From contig JAZKCN010000002.1 of NCBI GenBank assembly GCA_040388075.1, positions 35,382 through 99,381 of the forward strand: 64,000 nucleotides of DNA. Reading direction: 5' to 3'. This document shows, one piece after another, positions 47,891-57,211 of the stretch. Under the pieces are notes generated by a model that did no database searches, was not told the origin of the DNA, and worked only from the letters and a program-made list of their open reading frames with translations. Within the stretch, counting starts at the first letter, position 1. Each line of letters opens with the position of its first letter. The position numbers were made by a program, and so were the translations under genes. Source of the stretch: Pseudomonadota bacterium. Its GTDB lineage: Bacteria > Pseudomonadota > Gammaproteobacteria > Burkholderiales > Burkholderiaceae_C.

Positions 47891-48850
47891 CTACTCGGGC
47901 TGGAATTTTGATTTTGCGGCAACCGCTTTCCAGCGGGCGGCATCGCTGCGGCTCAGGGCGGCCAGTTCTTCGGCACCGGAACCCGCTGGCTCTACGCCGA
48001 TGTCCAGAAACTGTTTGCGCACCTCAGGGTCTGCCATGACGCGGGCCATGGCGCTCCTGATTTTTGCGAGGCGGTCTGGCGGTGTTCCTGACTTGATGAA
48101 CATGGCCTGCCAGGTGTCGATGTCGAAGCCCTTGTAGCCCTTCTCTGCAACGGTGGGCACGTCCGGAATGTCCCTGTCCCTCGTCGCGCCGGTAACCGCA
48201 ACAGCCCTGCCATGGCCGGCGATCTGCGCCTTGTAGACGCTTGGCCGGTCGATCATGACCTGGACCTGGCCACTGAGAAAATCATTCATGCTGGCAGGCT
48301 GGCTTTTGTACGCAATCACAGGCATGTCGATGCCGACGGTCTGCATGAAGTACTGGATCAGCAAGGTGACCGAGCCACCCGTCGATGCAAAATTGAGCTT
48401 GCCCGGGTTCGCTTTTGCATAGTCGACAAAGGTCTTCAGGTCGGTAACCGGCACCGAGTTATGGACGATAACCACCGCATTGGTACGCCCGCCCAGGGTG
48501 ATGGGGTCAAAGTCTTTCAAGCCGTCGAAGGGCACATTTTTGTTGGTGACCGCAGCGGCAAAAATGCCGCTGGTTGTCCACAGCAAGGTGTAGCCGTCAG
48601 CAGGTGCGGCTTTGACAGCACCGATCCCGATGACCTGGTTGCCGCCGGACCGGTTTTCAACAACGACCGCCTGCTTCAGTTCTTCGGAGAGCTTGCGGGC
48701 AACCAGTCTCGCGCCCAGATCCGAGGAGCCGCCAGCGCCCAGCGGCACGATGATCTTGATAGGCTTGCTTGGGAATACTTCCTGCGCTGCCACGGGCATG
48801 ACCGACATGCACAGGGCGATGCAGGTCGCGTATAAAAAACTTTTGTTCAT
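47891..48850 (-). CDS. Bug/TctC substrate-binding protein
   Basis: VPLGAGGSSD, ENRSGGN, WQAMF. Confidence 0.9.
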   Translation of the reverse strand: MNKSFLYATCIALCMSVMPVAAQEVFPSKPIKIIVPLGAGGSSDLGARLVARKLSEELKQAVVVENRSGGNQVIGIGAVKAAPADGYTLLWTTSGIFAAAVTNKNVPFDGLKDFDPITLGGRTNAVVIVHNSVPVTDLKTFVDYAKANPGKLNFASTGGSVTLLIQYFMQTVGIDMPVIAYKSQPASMNDFLSGQVQVMIDRPSVYKAQIAGHGRAVAVTGATRDRDIPDVPTVAEKGYKGFDIDTWQAMFIKSGTPPDRLAKIRSAMARVMADPEVRKQFLDIGVEPAGSGAEELAALSRSDAARWKAVAAKSKFQPE

Positions 48851-48876
48851 GGTTATCTTTTGACGATGTCTTTGGG

Positions 48877-49659
48877 CTATTTCTTTTCCAGCGCTGCCTG
48901 GTAGTCTTTCAGCGTCGCAGTCGCCGCAGTCCGCATGAATCCCTGGTCAGAACCCGTGACAAAACCGCTGACGCCCAGCGCCGCATATTCCGCCGCTTCC
49001 TTCGCATTGGCTGTCAGCAGAAAACACGGTTTGTTGACCCGCTTGCAGGCCTCGATGATCTTCAGCGTCGCGGATTTCACTTTCGGCGCGCCCGCTTCCC
49101 TGTCCCGGTAAGCCGCCGTCAGGTCACCCCGGCCGATGAAGACTGCATCCAGTCCTTCAACCGCCACGATCTCGTCCACCTTCTCCACCGCCTCCGGGTC
49201 TTCGATCATTCCCAGCAGCAGCACCTCCTTGTCAGAAGCGTCGATGTGCTCCCAGGTCGTGCGTACGCCGTAGTCACCGGCACGCGGTGAATTCGAGAAG
49301 CCGCGTTTGCCCGAATAGCGGCACAGGTCGACGAAATCTTTCGCAGTTTTGGCAGACGTGATGTGCGGCACCATCACACCAAAGGCGCCATCATCCAGCG
49401 CGCCCAGGATGTCGTTGGGCGATGCCACGCGCACCAGCGGTGCAGCACCTGCAGCGCGGGCTGCCAGGATGCAGGTGTCGGTGGTGACGCGGTCAAAGGG
49501 GGCGTGCTCTGCATCAATGAGCACAAAGTCGTAACCGGCACCGCCGATGATCTCGATGCTGTGGGTGGTCGAGGTCTTGATGAAGGTACCGTAGACGGTG
49601 TCTTTCCTCAGGACACGGTCGCGGAAGGCTGCGGCTTTGGGGCCTTGTGATTGATGCAT
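48877..49659 (-). CDS. HpcH/HpaI class II aldolase family protein
   Basis: GYDFVLIDAEH, LVRV, GVMVPH, MIED, VFIGRGDL. Confidence 0.88.
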   Translation of the reverse strand: MHQSQGPKAAAFRDRVLRKDTVYGTFIKTSTTHSIEIIGGAGYDFVLIDAEHAPFDRVTTDTCILAARAAGAAPLVRVASPNDILGALDDGAFGVMVPHITSAKTAKDFVDLCRYSGKRGFSNSPRAGDYGVRTTWEHIDASDKEVLLLGMIEDPEAVEKVDEIVAVEGLDAVFIGRGDLTAAYRDREAGAPKVKSATLKIIEACKRVNKPCFLLTANAKEAAEYAALGVSGFVTGSDQGFMRTAATATLKDYQAALEKK

Positions 49660-49686
49660 GGTTGTGTTTGGATCGTGGAGTGACGG

Positions 49687-50622
49687 TTAAACAGCGACGG
49701 CCTGTTCAGACGGCATCGGGTATTCAGCAGCGTTGAGCACCCAGCCCGGCTTTTGCGAGAAGTCGATGCGTGGTGGGCAGAACACGTCGACCATCAGGCG
49801 CAACTCGGTTCCCGTACCGTTGGAGGTGTGGATGGCCGGTGGCGGGATCACGGCCAGCGACGGGCTGCCGCAGTCCATGTGCTCGTCGGGCAGCCAGTTG
49901 CGCATGTTGGTGGTCCAGGGCCAGCGGACGTGGTGGCTCATGGTGCCGGTCATCAGCAGCGAGCCCTGCTCGAAGTCGTCGTGGTAGTGCGGCGAGACCT
50001 TCTCGACATCACGCGGAGCAGTCTCGACAAAGAGGTTGACCATGAAGGTGGAGCAGCGCCAGATGCGGCCGAAGCGGCCAGGCTCGTTGGCGACTTCCAT
50101 GCTGTAGCGACGTACTTTGGGGCCATCGACCGGTGCTGGCCAGGGCGCCCACGGCGCGACATGGTGGCGCGGGTCTGCATAGGCTGCCGCATTGGAGGCC
50201 TTGGCTGCGAGGTCTTTGCTCTGCGTGGTGTAGAGGATAAAGAAGCTACCGGCGGTCTTGACCTCAACCGTGCTGCTGCCTGCGGGCACCACAACGACCG
50301 AATAGCCGGGGATGTCTTCAGAGCCATGCTCGGACTCAACGCGCAGCTCGGTGCTGTGCTGGTAGGACAGGATGACAAATTCGTCAGGCTGCGCCTTGCG
50401 GACAATCCTTGCGCCGGCCTTGGCTTCGACGTAGCAAACCATGAAGTTATGGCCGCGGCCTATCCACTGGGTGTACAGCGGGTCTTCAACGGCAGGCTTG
50501 TCCTGCTTGAAGTGGATGCAGGACGCGGTGCCGTAGTTTTTGCTGGGGTCTGCGACGGCAGCAGATGCAATGGCCGGTGCTGCTGTTGACAGCGAGGAGC
50601 GGAGATCGGATTTGTCGTACAT
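49687..50622 (-). CDS. Hypothetical bicupin-like protein
   Basis: C-terminal HYHDDFEQ and IPPPAIH cupin metal motifs; degenerate N-terminal cupin. Confidence 0.6.
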   Translation of the reverse strand: MYDKSDLRSSLSTAAPAIASAAVADPSKNYGTASCIHFKQDKPAVEDPLYTQWIGRGHNFMVCYVEAKAGARIVRKAQPDEFVILSYQHSTELRVESEHGSEDIPGYSVVVVPAGSSTVEVKTAGSFFILYTTQSKDLAAKASNAAAYADPRHHVAPWAPWPAPVDGPKVRRYSMEVANEPGRFGRIWRCSTFMVNLFVETAPRDVEKVSPHYHDDFEQGSLLMTGTMSHHVRWPWTTNMRNWLPDEHMDCGSPSLAVIPPPAIHTSNGTGTELRLMVDVFCPPRIDFSQKPGWVLNAAEYPMPSEQAVAV

Positions 50623-50666
50623 GGGTTTTGCTTTCTTTCAAAGACTGTTGTCAGAAGTCCGCGTGT

Positions 50667-51590
50667 TCAGAACGCGACGTTGTCCTTGCCCTTGAGCTTG
50701 AGTGCCGCACGCGCATCGGCCGGTGTGGCTACTTCGAGTGACAGCGCCTCGATGACGCTAACCAGGCGCTTGACCTGTATCGCATTGCTCTCGGCCAGCT
50801 TGCCCGGGCCGTCCCACAGGCTGTCTTCGAGGCCGACGCGGGCATTGCCGCCGACCACGACAGACGCCGTCGCCAGCCGCATCTGCGAACTCCCCGATCC
50901 CAGCACCGACCACACATAGTCGCTGCCGAAGAGGCGGTCTGCGGTGCGCTTCATGTGCATCAGGTCTTCCACATCGGCGCCAATGCCGCCACGTATGCCA
51001 AACACCGACTGAATCATCATCGGCGCCTTGATCAGGCCGCGGTCCAGGAAGTGTGCCGCCGTGTACAGGTGGCCGATGTCGTAGCACTCGATCTCGAAAC
51101 GGGTGCCGTTGTCGCTGCAGGATTCGAGGATGTAGGCGATGTCCTTGAAGGTGTTCTTGAACACGCGGTCATCACTCTCGGCGAGGTAAGGCTTTTCCCA
51201 GTCGTGCTTGAAGTCCTTGTAGCGACCCAGCATTTCATACAGGCCGAAATTCATGCTGCCCATGTTCAGCGAGGCGACTTCGGGTTTCATCTCCAGCGCG
51301 GGCCTGAGCCTTTCCTGGATGCTCATCGTCGACGCACCGCCGGTGGTCAGGTTGACCACCACATCGCAGGCGCTCTTGATCTGCGGCAGGAACTGCTTGA
51401 ACAGCTCTACGTCCTGCGATGGCCGGCCATCCTTCGGGTCACGCGCATGCAGGTGCACGATGGATGCGCCGGCGGCATGCGCCTCAATGGCCGCGTCGGC
51501 GATCTCTTGTGGCGTGACCGGGATGTACTTCGACATCGAGGGCGTATGGATGGAGCCGGTGACGGCACAGGTGACGATGACTTTGCGCAT
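50667..51590 (-). CDS. Beta-keto acid cleavage enzyme (BKACE/Kce, DUF849)
   Basis: VTCAVTG, IVHLHARD, SLNMGS, ECYDIGH, RVGLEDS. Confidence 0.9.
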   Translation of the reverse strand: MRKVIVTCAVTGSIHTPSMSKYIPVTPQEIADAAIEAHAAGASIVHLHARDPKDGRPSQDVELFKQFLPQIKSACDVVVNLTTGGASTMSIQERLRPALEMKPEVASLNMGSMNFGLYEMLGRYKDFKHDWEKPYLAESDDRVFKNTFKDIAYILESCSDNGTRFEIECYDIGHLYTAAHFLDRGLIKAPMMIQSVFGIRGGIGADVEDLMHMKRTADRLFGSDYVWSVLGSGSSQMRLATASVVVGGNARVGLEDSLWDGPGKLAESNAIQVKRLVSVIEALSLEVATPADARAALKLKGKDNVAF

Positions 51591-51649
51591 GAATTCGTTT
51601 CGGGTTGCGGGTAAAAGAATGAGGCCGGTTTATTCAGGCTTGCCTGGGC

Positions 51650-52630
51650 TTATTCAGGCTGGATTCCGGCGGCCGAGATGATGGCTTTCCACTTGACGGC
51701 TTCGGCCTGCTGGAACTTCATCAACTCCTCGCCAGACAGCGGAAAAGGCTCGACGCTGACGGTGTTCATGAACTTCTGCGCCGCCGGGCTGTTGATGGCT
51801 TCGGTCAGCAGTGCAGCGGCGCGTTTGACCACGGCGTCGGGCGTTCCCTTGGGCGCGTAAATGCCTTGCCAGAAAGTCATCGAATAACCGGGCAAGCCGG
51901 ACTCCTGCATCGTCGGCACATTGGGGAAACCGGACATCCGTTTTTCGCTGGTGACGGCAACCGCACGCATGCGGCCGCTGCTGATCTGCGGGGCAGCCGT
52001 CAGCGCGTCCAGCACCATGAAGTCGAGCCGGCCGCCTATCAGGTCGACCACCGCCTGCCCATTGGTCTTGTAGGGCACGGACACAAAGTCCAGCGATTCC
52101 ATCTGGCGGTACTGCTCTACAGCCACCCGCACGGCCGATGCACCCCAGCCAAAGGACAGCTTGCCGGGCTGCTTTTTGGCCAGCGCCGTCAGATCGCCTA
52201 CCGTCTTGACAGGTGAAGCGCTGCTGACCACCAGCATCAGGCCACCGCGCAGCACACCGGTGACGGGAATGAAGTCTTTCACGTAGTCGTAAGGCAGCGT
52301 CTTGAACAGCGACTGGTTGGCGGCGTGCGTGGTGTTGGTGGTGTGAAACAGCACATAACCATCGGCCGGCTGCTTGAGCACGTATTCAGCCGCGATGATG
52401 CCGCTGGCGCCGGCCTTGGTTTCGACCACCACCGGGGTGCCGTTCTTCGCGTTGATAGCCTCGCCCAGCACCCGGCCCATCTGGTCCGTCATGCCTGCAA
52501 ACGAAGCCACCAGCGTGATGGGCTTGGCCGGGTAGGCTGCAGGAGCCTGCGCCAACGCGCTGCCTGCGCCCAGCCCGGCCAGGCCTGCTGCCAGGCCGCC
52601 CAATGCGATGGTGAGTTCTCTGCGTTTCAT
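51650..52630 (-). CDS. Bug/TctC substrate-binding protein
   Basis: ETKAGASG, SVPYK, WQGIYAP; N-terminal signal. Confidence 0.88.
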   Translation of the reverse strand: MKRRELTIALGGLAAGLAGLGAGSALAQAPAAYPAKPITLVASFAGMTDQMGRVLGEAINAKNGTPVVVETKAGASGIIAAEYVLKQPADGYVLFHTTNTTHAANQSLFKTLPYDYVKDFIPVTGVLRGGLMLVVSSASPVKTVGDLTALAKKQPGKLSFGWGASAVRVAVEQYRQMESLDFVSVPYKTNGQAVVDLIGGRLDFMVLDALTAAPQISSGRMRAVAVTSEKRMSGFPNVPTMQESGLPGYSMTFWQGIYAPKGTPDAVVKRAAALLTEAINSPAAQKFMNTVSVEPFPLSGEELMKFQQAEAVKWKAIISAAGIQPE

Positions 52631-52669
52631 GTGTGTCTCCTGTAAGTGAAAGTGGTTCGGTTGAGGGCT

Positions 52670-53452
52670 TCAGTCCGGGCGCCGTGCGGCCAGTTCGCGG
52701 CGCAGGGTGCCGCTGTCGCCAAACGCCTCGATGACCGGCGAGATGCGTTTGAATGACAGCTGTATGTGGCGCTTCATTGCGCTGCGGGCGCGGTCGGCCT
52801 TGCCGGTGATCAGCGCCTCCAGCAGCTCTTCGTGTTCCTTGATGGCTTCTTCAGTCACGCGTGAATGAAACAGCACGCGGAACAAATGCATGTGGGTATG
52901 CAGGCGGTCCAGCACTTCGGCCATCACCTGCCCGCCACCCGAGATTGCAATCAGCCTGTGAAAGTGCGCGTCCCAGTGGGCAAACTTGCCGTAGGCCAGT
53001 TTTTCATCGTCCTTTGATGGCTCGAACATGGTGTTGACCAGGCTGCGCAGGTCTTCGCGCTCGTTCGCGCTCAGGCGTGTGGCAGCCTGCGCGGCGGCAT
53101 GCGGCTCCAGCAGCAGCCGCATCTGGAACATCTCGTGAAAGTGCTGTGCCGACGGCATGGCGGTTGCGTTGTAGCCAATCAGGTGCTGCTTGACGATCAG
53201 GCCCTCGGCCTCCAGCCGGATCAGGGCCGCGCGTATCGGCGTCTGCGATGCGCCCAGTTCGCGGGCCAGCTTGTCTATCGATATACGGGCTCCGGGCGGA
53301 ATCTTCAGCGAGATCAGCCGCGACAGCAGCACCTCATAAATATCGTCACCCACCGAGCGGCGCGAGCGCAATTGCAGCTCCAGCTCTTCTGCATCTGCAG
53401 GCGGGCTGAGGTCTGTCTGGGCGGTCTGGGGCGCGGTCTTGCCGGAGGTCAT
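52670..53452 (-). CDS. GntR (FadR/FCD) family regulator
   Basis: LARELGASQTPIRAALIRLEAEGLI; FCD domain with FH..IA, EH. Confidence 0.92.
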   Translation of the reverse strand: MTSGKTAPQTAQTDLSPPADAEELELQLRSRRSVGDDIYEVLLSRLISLKIPPGARISIDKLARELGASQTPIRAALIRLEAEGLIVKQHLIGYNATAMPSAQHFHEMFQMRLLLEPHAAAQAATRLSANEREDLRSLVNTMFEPSKDDEKLAYGKFAHWDAHFHRLIAISGGGQVMAEVLDRLHTHMHLFRVLFHSRVTEEAIKEHEELLEALITGKADRARSAMKRHIQLSFKRISPVIEAFGDSGTLRRELAARRPD

Positions 53453-53482
53453 GGGCTGGACTTTAAGGTCATGGAATAAAAT

Positions 53483-53536
53483 ATCGTATCGGATTTACCC
53501 TAATTGATTGATAAATAAAATACGATACGATACGAT
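53483..53536. promoter_or_regulatory. Candidate GntR operator array
   Basis: ATCGTATCG (53483-91) is inverted relative to a (TACGA)x3 tandem (53521-35) in the divergent promoter. Confidence 0.5.
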
Positions 53537-53577
53537 TTTTATTCCAGCTTTTATTCCCCTACAAGAAAGTCCTATCT

Positions 53578-54798
53578 ATGTCAGTTGATGCCGGGTTTCT
53601 GCGCTCGCCGCGGGCCATCCTCTTCGGCGATGGCCAGCGCCATGCACTGGGAACCGTTGCCCGCAGCCTGGGCAAACGCGCCCTGATCTGCACCGACGAG
53701 CGCCTTGCCGCCGACGCGATGTTCAAGGCCATGGTCACCGACCTGCAGGCCTCGGGCCTGGAAACCATGGTCTATGACCGCACCCAGGCCGAGCTGCCCA
53801 TCGCAGGCGTTTTTGAATGCACCGACAAGGCCCGCGCCTTCGCGCCCGATGTGCTGATAGGCATAGGCGGCGGTAGCTGCATGGACATGGCCAAGCTGGT
53901 CGGCATCCTGTTGACGCACGGCGGCGACCTGTCTGACTACTACGGCGAGCTGAAGGTGCCCGGCCCCATCATGCCGCTGATAGCGATACCCACCACCTCG
54001 GGCACCGGCTCTGAAGTCACCGCCGTTGCCGTCGTGGCCGATGACAGGCGCGACCTGAAGGTCGGTGTCTCCAGCCCGCACCTGATTCCACACACCGCCA
54101 TCTGCGACCCCGAACTGACACACAGCTGCCCGCCCATGCTGACCGCCTGCTCGGGCGCCGATGCGATGACGCACGCGATCGAAGCCTTCACCGCCATCCG
54201 GCGCGAGGCAGCGCCTGACCTCGCCACGGGCCGCGTCTTCGTCGGCAAGAACGCACTGACCGATGTGCACGCCCTGTCGGCCATCTCGCTGCTGGCCAAA
54301 CACCTGCCCGCCGCCGTGGCCGACGGCAGCGACAGACGCGCGCGCGCCGGCGTGATGATGGCCGCACTGCATGCCGGCATGGCATTCGGCACTGCAGGCA
54401 CCGCCGCCGCGCACGCCATCCAGTACCCGGTGGGCGCCTTGACCCACACCGCGCACGGCATAGGCGTGGCCGTGTTGATGCCTTATGTGATGGCCTTCAA
54501 CCGCCCCGCCTGCACACAGGAGTTCGCGCAGATCGCCAGTGCGATGGGCGTGGAAGGCCATGACGAAGAAAAGCTCGCCGACGCTGCCGTCGAGGCTGTT
54601 CGCAAGCTGTTCAGCAGGATAGGCATACCGGCCACGCTGAACGACATCGGCCTGGCGGGCAAGGACCTGGCGCATGTGGCCAGCCAGTCCATGCTGGCGG
54701 CGCGGCTCGTCAACAACAACCCGCGCCTGCTCGACGAAGCCGCGATGACACTGATCACCGAGTCCGCTCACCAGGGCCGCATGCCGGCCACGGCGTGA
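53578..54798 (+). CDS. Iron-containing alcohol dehydrogenase
   Basis: GGGSCMD, PTTSGTGSE, DAMTHAIE, AHAIQY, HG..VA. Confidence 0.9.
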   Translation: MSVDAGFLRSPRAILFGDGQRHALGTVARSLGKRALICTDERLAADAMFKAMVTDLQASGLETMVYDRTQAELPIAGVFECTDKARAFAPDVLIGIGGGSCMDMAKLVGILLTHGGDLSDYYGELKVPGPIMPLIAIPTTSGTGSEVTAVAVVADDRRDLKVGVSSPHLIPHTAICDPELTHSCPPMLTACSGADAMTHAIEAFTAIRREAAPDLATGRVFVGKNALTDVHALSAISLLAKHLPAAVADGSDRRARAGVMMAALHAGMAFGTAGTAAAHAIQYPVGALTHTAHGIGVAVLMPYVMAFNRPACTQEFAQIASAMGVEGHDEEKLADAAVEAVRKLFSRIGIPATLNDIGLAGKDLAHVASQSMLAARLVNNNPRLLDEAAMTLITESAHQGRMPATA

Positions 54799-54844
54799 TT
54801 CACGCTACCCTGAGCACCTTCCGTCCAACTTTTTTCCAGCAGCC

Positions 54845-56293
54845 ATGACCACGACACCCCGCATTCCCCCTACCCAGCTTTTCATCAATGGCCAATGGCG
54901 CCATGCCAGCGCCGACCGCCGCCTGGAAGTGATCGACCCTTCCACCGAAAAACGGATTGCAGAAGTGGCCGATGCCAGTGTCGAAGACGGCCTTGAAGCC
55001 GTAGCCGCCGCCAGCCGCGCCGGCAAATCGTTTGCACGCATCCCCGGCCGCGAACGCGCCGAAATGCTGCGCCGCTGTTTCGAGTTGATGATGCGCGACA
55101 AGGAATACTTGGCCCAGCTGATCTCTTATGAGAATGGTAAATCGCTGGCCGATGCACGTGGTGAAGTGGCTTACGCGGCCGAGTTCTTCCGCTGGTTCTC
55201 CGAAGAAGCCGTGCGCCTCAACGGCCAGCTCGGCACGGCGCCCGGCGGCGCCAACCGCATCCTGGTGCAGTACCAGCCGATAGGCGTGGCCGTGCTGATC
55301 ACGCCGTGGAACTTCCCCGCCGCGATGGCGACCCGCAAGATCGCGCCCGCACTCGCAGCCGGCTGCACCTGCGTGCTCAAGCCCGCTTCAGAAACACCGC
55401 TGACGGCCTTTGCGATGGCCGCGCTGATGGCCGAAGCCGGCGTGCCGAATGGTGTCGTCAACATCGTCACCACATCACAGCCCGGCCCTGTCATCGACGC
55501 CATGCTGGCCGACGCGCGCGTGCGCAAGCTGTCGTTCACCGGCTCTACCAACGTCGGCCGCGGCCTGCTGCGCAGCGCAGCCGGTCAGGTCATTTCATGC
55601 TCGATGGAGCTCGGCGGCAACGCGCCCTTTGTGGTGTTTGACGATGCCGATATTGATGCCGCCATCGAAGGCGCGATGATCGCCAAGATGCGCAACGGCG
55701 GCGAGGCCTGCACTGCAGCCAACCGCTTCTATGTGCAGCGCGGTGTGTATGACAGCTTCGCCAAAAAGCTGGCAGACCGCATGGGCGCCATCAAGGTCGG
55801 CAGCGGCCTTGATGCCGCCACCGGCTGCGGCCCGCTCATCACGACCAAAGCCGTCAACAAGGTCAGCGATCTGGTCGACGACGCCGTCGGCCGCGGCGCA
55901 CGCGTGCTGACAGGCGGCACCCGGCCCGAGGGCAAAGGTTACTTCTACACACCCACCGTGCTGGCCGATGTGCCGCGTGATTCAAAAATGCTGGACGAAG
56001 AAATCTTCGGCCCCGTCGCACCACTGGTCGTCTTCGACACCGAAGAAGAAGCCATCGACATGGCCAACGCCACCGAGTACGGCCTGGTCGCCTACGTCTA
56101 CACCAAAGACATGGCCCGCGGCCTGCGCGTCAGCGAACAGATAGAAAGCGGCATGGTCGCCCTCAACCGCGGCCTCGTCTCGGACCCCGCAGCCCCGTTC
56201 GGTGGCGTCAAACAAAGCGGCCTCGGCCGCGAGGGCGCGCATGAAGGCATTCTGGAATTCTGCGAAGCAAAATACATCGCTACCAACTGGTGA
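54845..56293 (+). CDS. gabD: NAD-dependent succinate-semialdehyde dehydrogenase-like aldehyde dehydrogenase
   Basis: PWNFP, RKIAPALAAGC, FTGST, MELGGNAP, GEAC, EEIFGP, PFGGVKQSGLGREG. Confidence 0.85.
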   Translation: MTTTPRIPPTQLFINGQWRHASADRRLEVIDPSTEKRIAEVADASVEDGLEAVAAASRAGKSFARIPGRERAEMLRRCFELMMRDKEYLAQLISYENGKSLADARGEVAYAAEFFRWFSEEAVRLNGQLGTAPGGANRILVQYQPIGVAVLITPWNFPAAMATRKIAPALAAGCTCVLKPASETPLTAFAMAALMAEAGVPNGVVNIVTTSQPGPVIDAMLADARVRKLSFTGSTNVGRGLLRSAAGQVISCSMELGGNAPFVVFDDADIDAAIEGAMIAKMRNGGEACTAANRFYVQRGVYDSFAKKLADRMGAIKVGSGLDAATGCGPLITTKAVNKVSDLVDDAVGRGARVLTGGTRPEGKGYFYTPTVLADVPRDSKMLDEEIFGPVAPLVVFDTEEEAIDMANATEYGLVAYVYTKDMARGLRVSEQIESGMVALNRGLVSDPAAPFGGVKQSGLGREGAHEGILEFCEAKYIATNW

Positions 56294-56328
56294 GGGGTTG
56301 AAGGCTGCAGGCCCTGGCTGAAGCGAGG

Positions 56329-56486
56329 CGCTACGCTTTTAGTAGCAGGTGGCGCTAGTCCAGATTGGCCTGCAGGCCTTTTTGATACCTGAAACAGGCC
56401 TTTTTTGGGCTTTTTGGCGGGTTTTCAGGCTTCCTGGCGACCTCCCAAGCATCGCAAGCAAACTCAATGTAAAGTCCACTTTACAT
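56329..56486 (-). repeat. 158-bp dispersed element, copy C
   Basis: Reverse complement ATGTAAAG-TGGA-CTTTACAT ... ATCAAAAAGGCCTGCAGGCCAATCTGGACTAGCGCCACCTGCTACTAAAAGCGTAGCG. Confidence 0.88.
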
Positions 56487-56511
56487 TTACACCACCACGC
56501 CCGGCAGGGCT

Positions 56512-57075
56512 TTAACTCCGCCCCACAAGCTTGGTAATCAGCTCGCTGCTGCTGGACACACCAAACTTGCGCATCAGCCTGGCCCGGTGGGATTCGATGG
56601 TGCGAAAACCAATGCCGAGTTCTATGGCGATCTGTTTGCTGCTTTTGCCATTGACGAGGAACTGGGCGATCTCGCGTTCGCGGGTGGTCAGTTCTGTGGT
56701 GACGGGGCGGGCGGAGGAAATGTCTTCGAAAACCCATACCGCGACATCGAACGGGTTCTCGCGGTCGGTGGTCCGGCCTGTCACGTGGCACCAGAACAGC
56801 TGCCCGTTGGCCTTGCGCATGATGCGGTCGTCGGCGTAGGTGCCTGTGGCATGCATCGCGGCGAAGGCGCGTTCGCCAGTGTGCTGGAACTCCTGCTGCG
56901 ACGGGTAGATGCGCTCCAAGGATTCGCCGCGCAGGGCTTCGGGGCCGTAGCCGTAGATGTCGCAGAAGGTCTGGTTGTACGACTGGATCACGCGGTTGCG
57001 GCTGACCATGAGTCCGACGGGTGCGATGTCGAACACCAGCAACAGGTCATCATCGTTGTACTTGGAGGGAGTCAT
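56512..57075 (-). CDS. PAS + LuxR-type HTH regulator
   Basis: PAS (GYGPEALRG, RKANG) plus LTTREREIA..GKSSKQIA..TIESHRARLMRK. Confidence 0.92.
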   Translation of the reverse strand: MTPSKYNDDDLLLVFDIAPVGLMVSRNRVIQSYNQTFCDIYGYGPEALRGESLERIYPSQQEFQHTGERAFAAMHATGTYADDRIMRKANGQLFWCHVTGRTTDRENPFDVAVWVFEDISSARPVTTELTTREREIAQFLVNGKSSKQIAIELGIGFRTIESHRARLMRKFGVSSSSELITKLVGRS

Positions 57076-57211
57076 GTCTTTCGGGAACTGGTTAAACGGT
57101 TGTTTTTGACGCGGAACTACAGGGAAACCCTAGCGTATTTTGACGCCTGTTCGAATCGTTTCCACAGGCCTAAAGTCCTGCCTCTGACTATACATAGCGC
57201 AGGAGCTTTTT

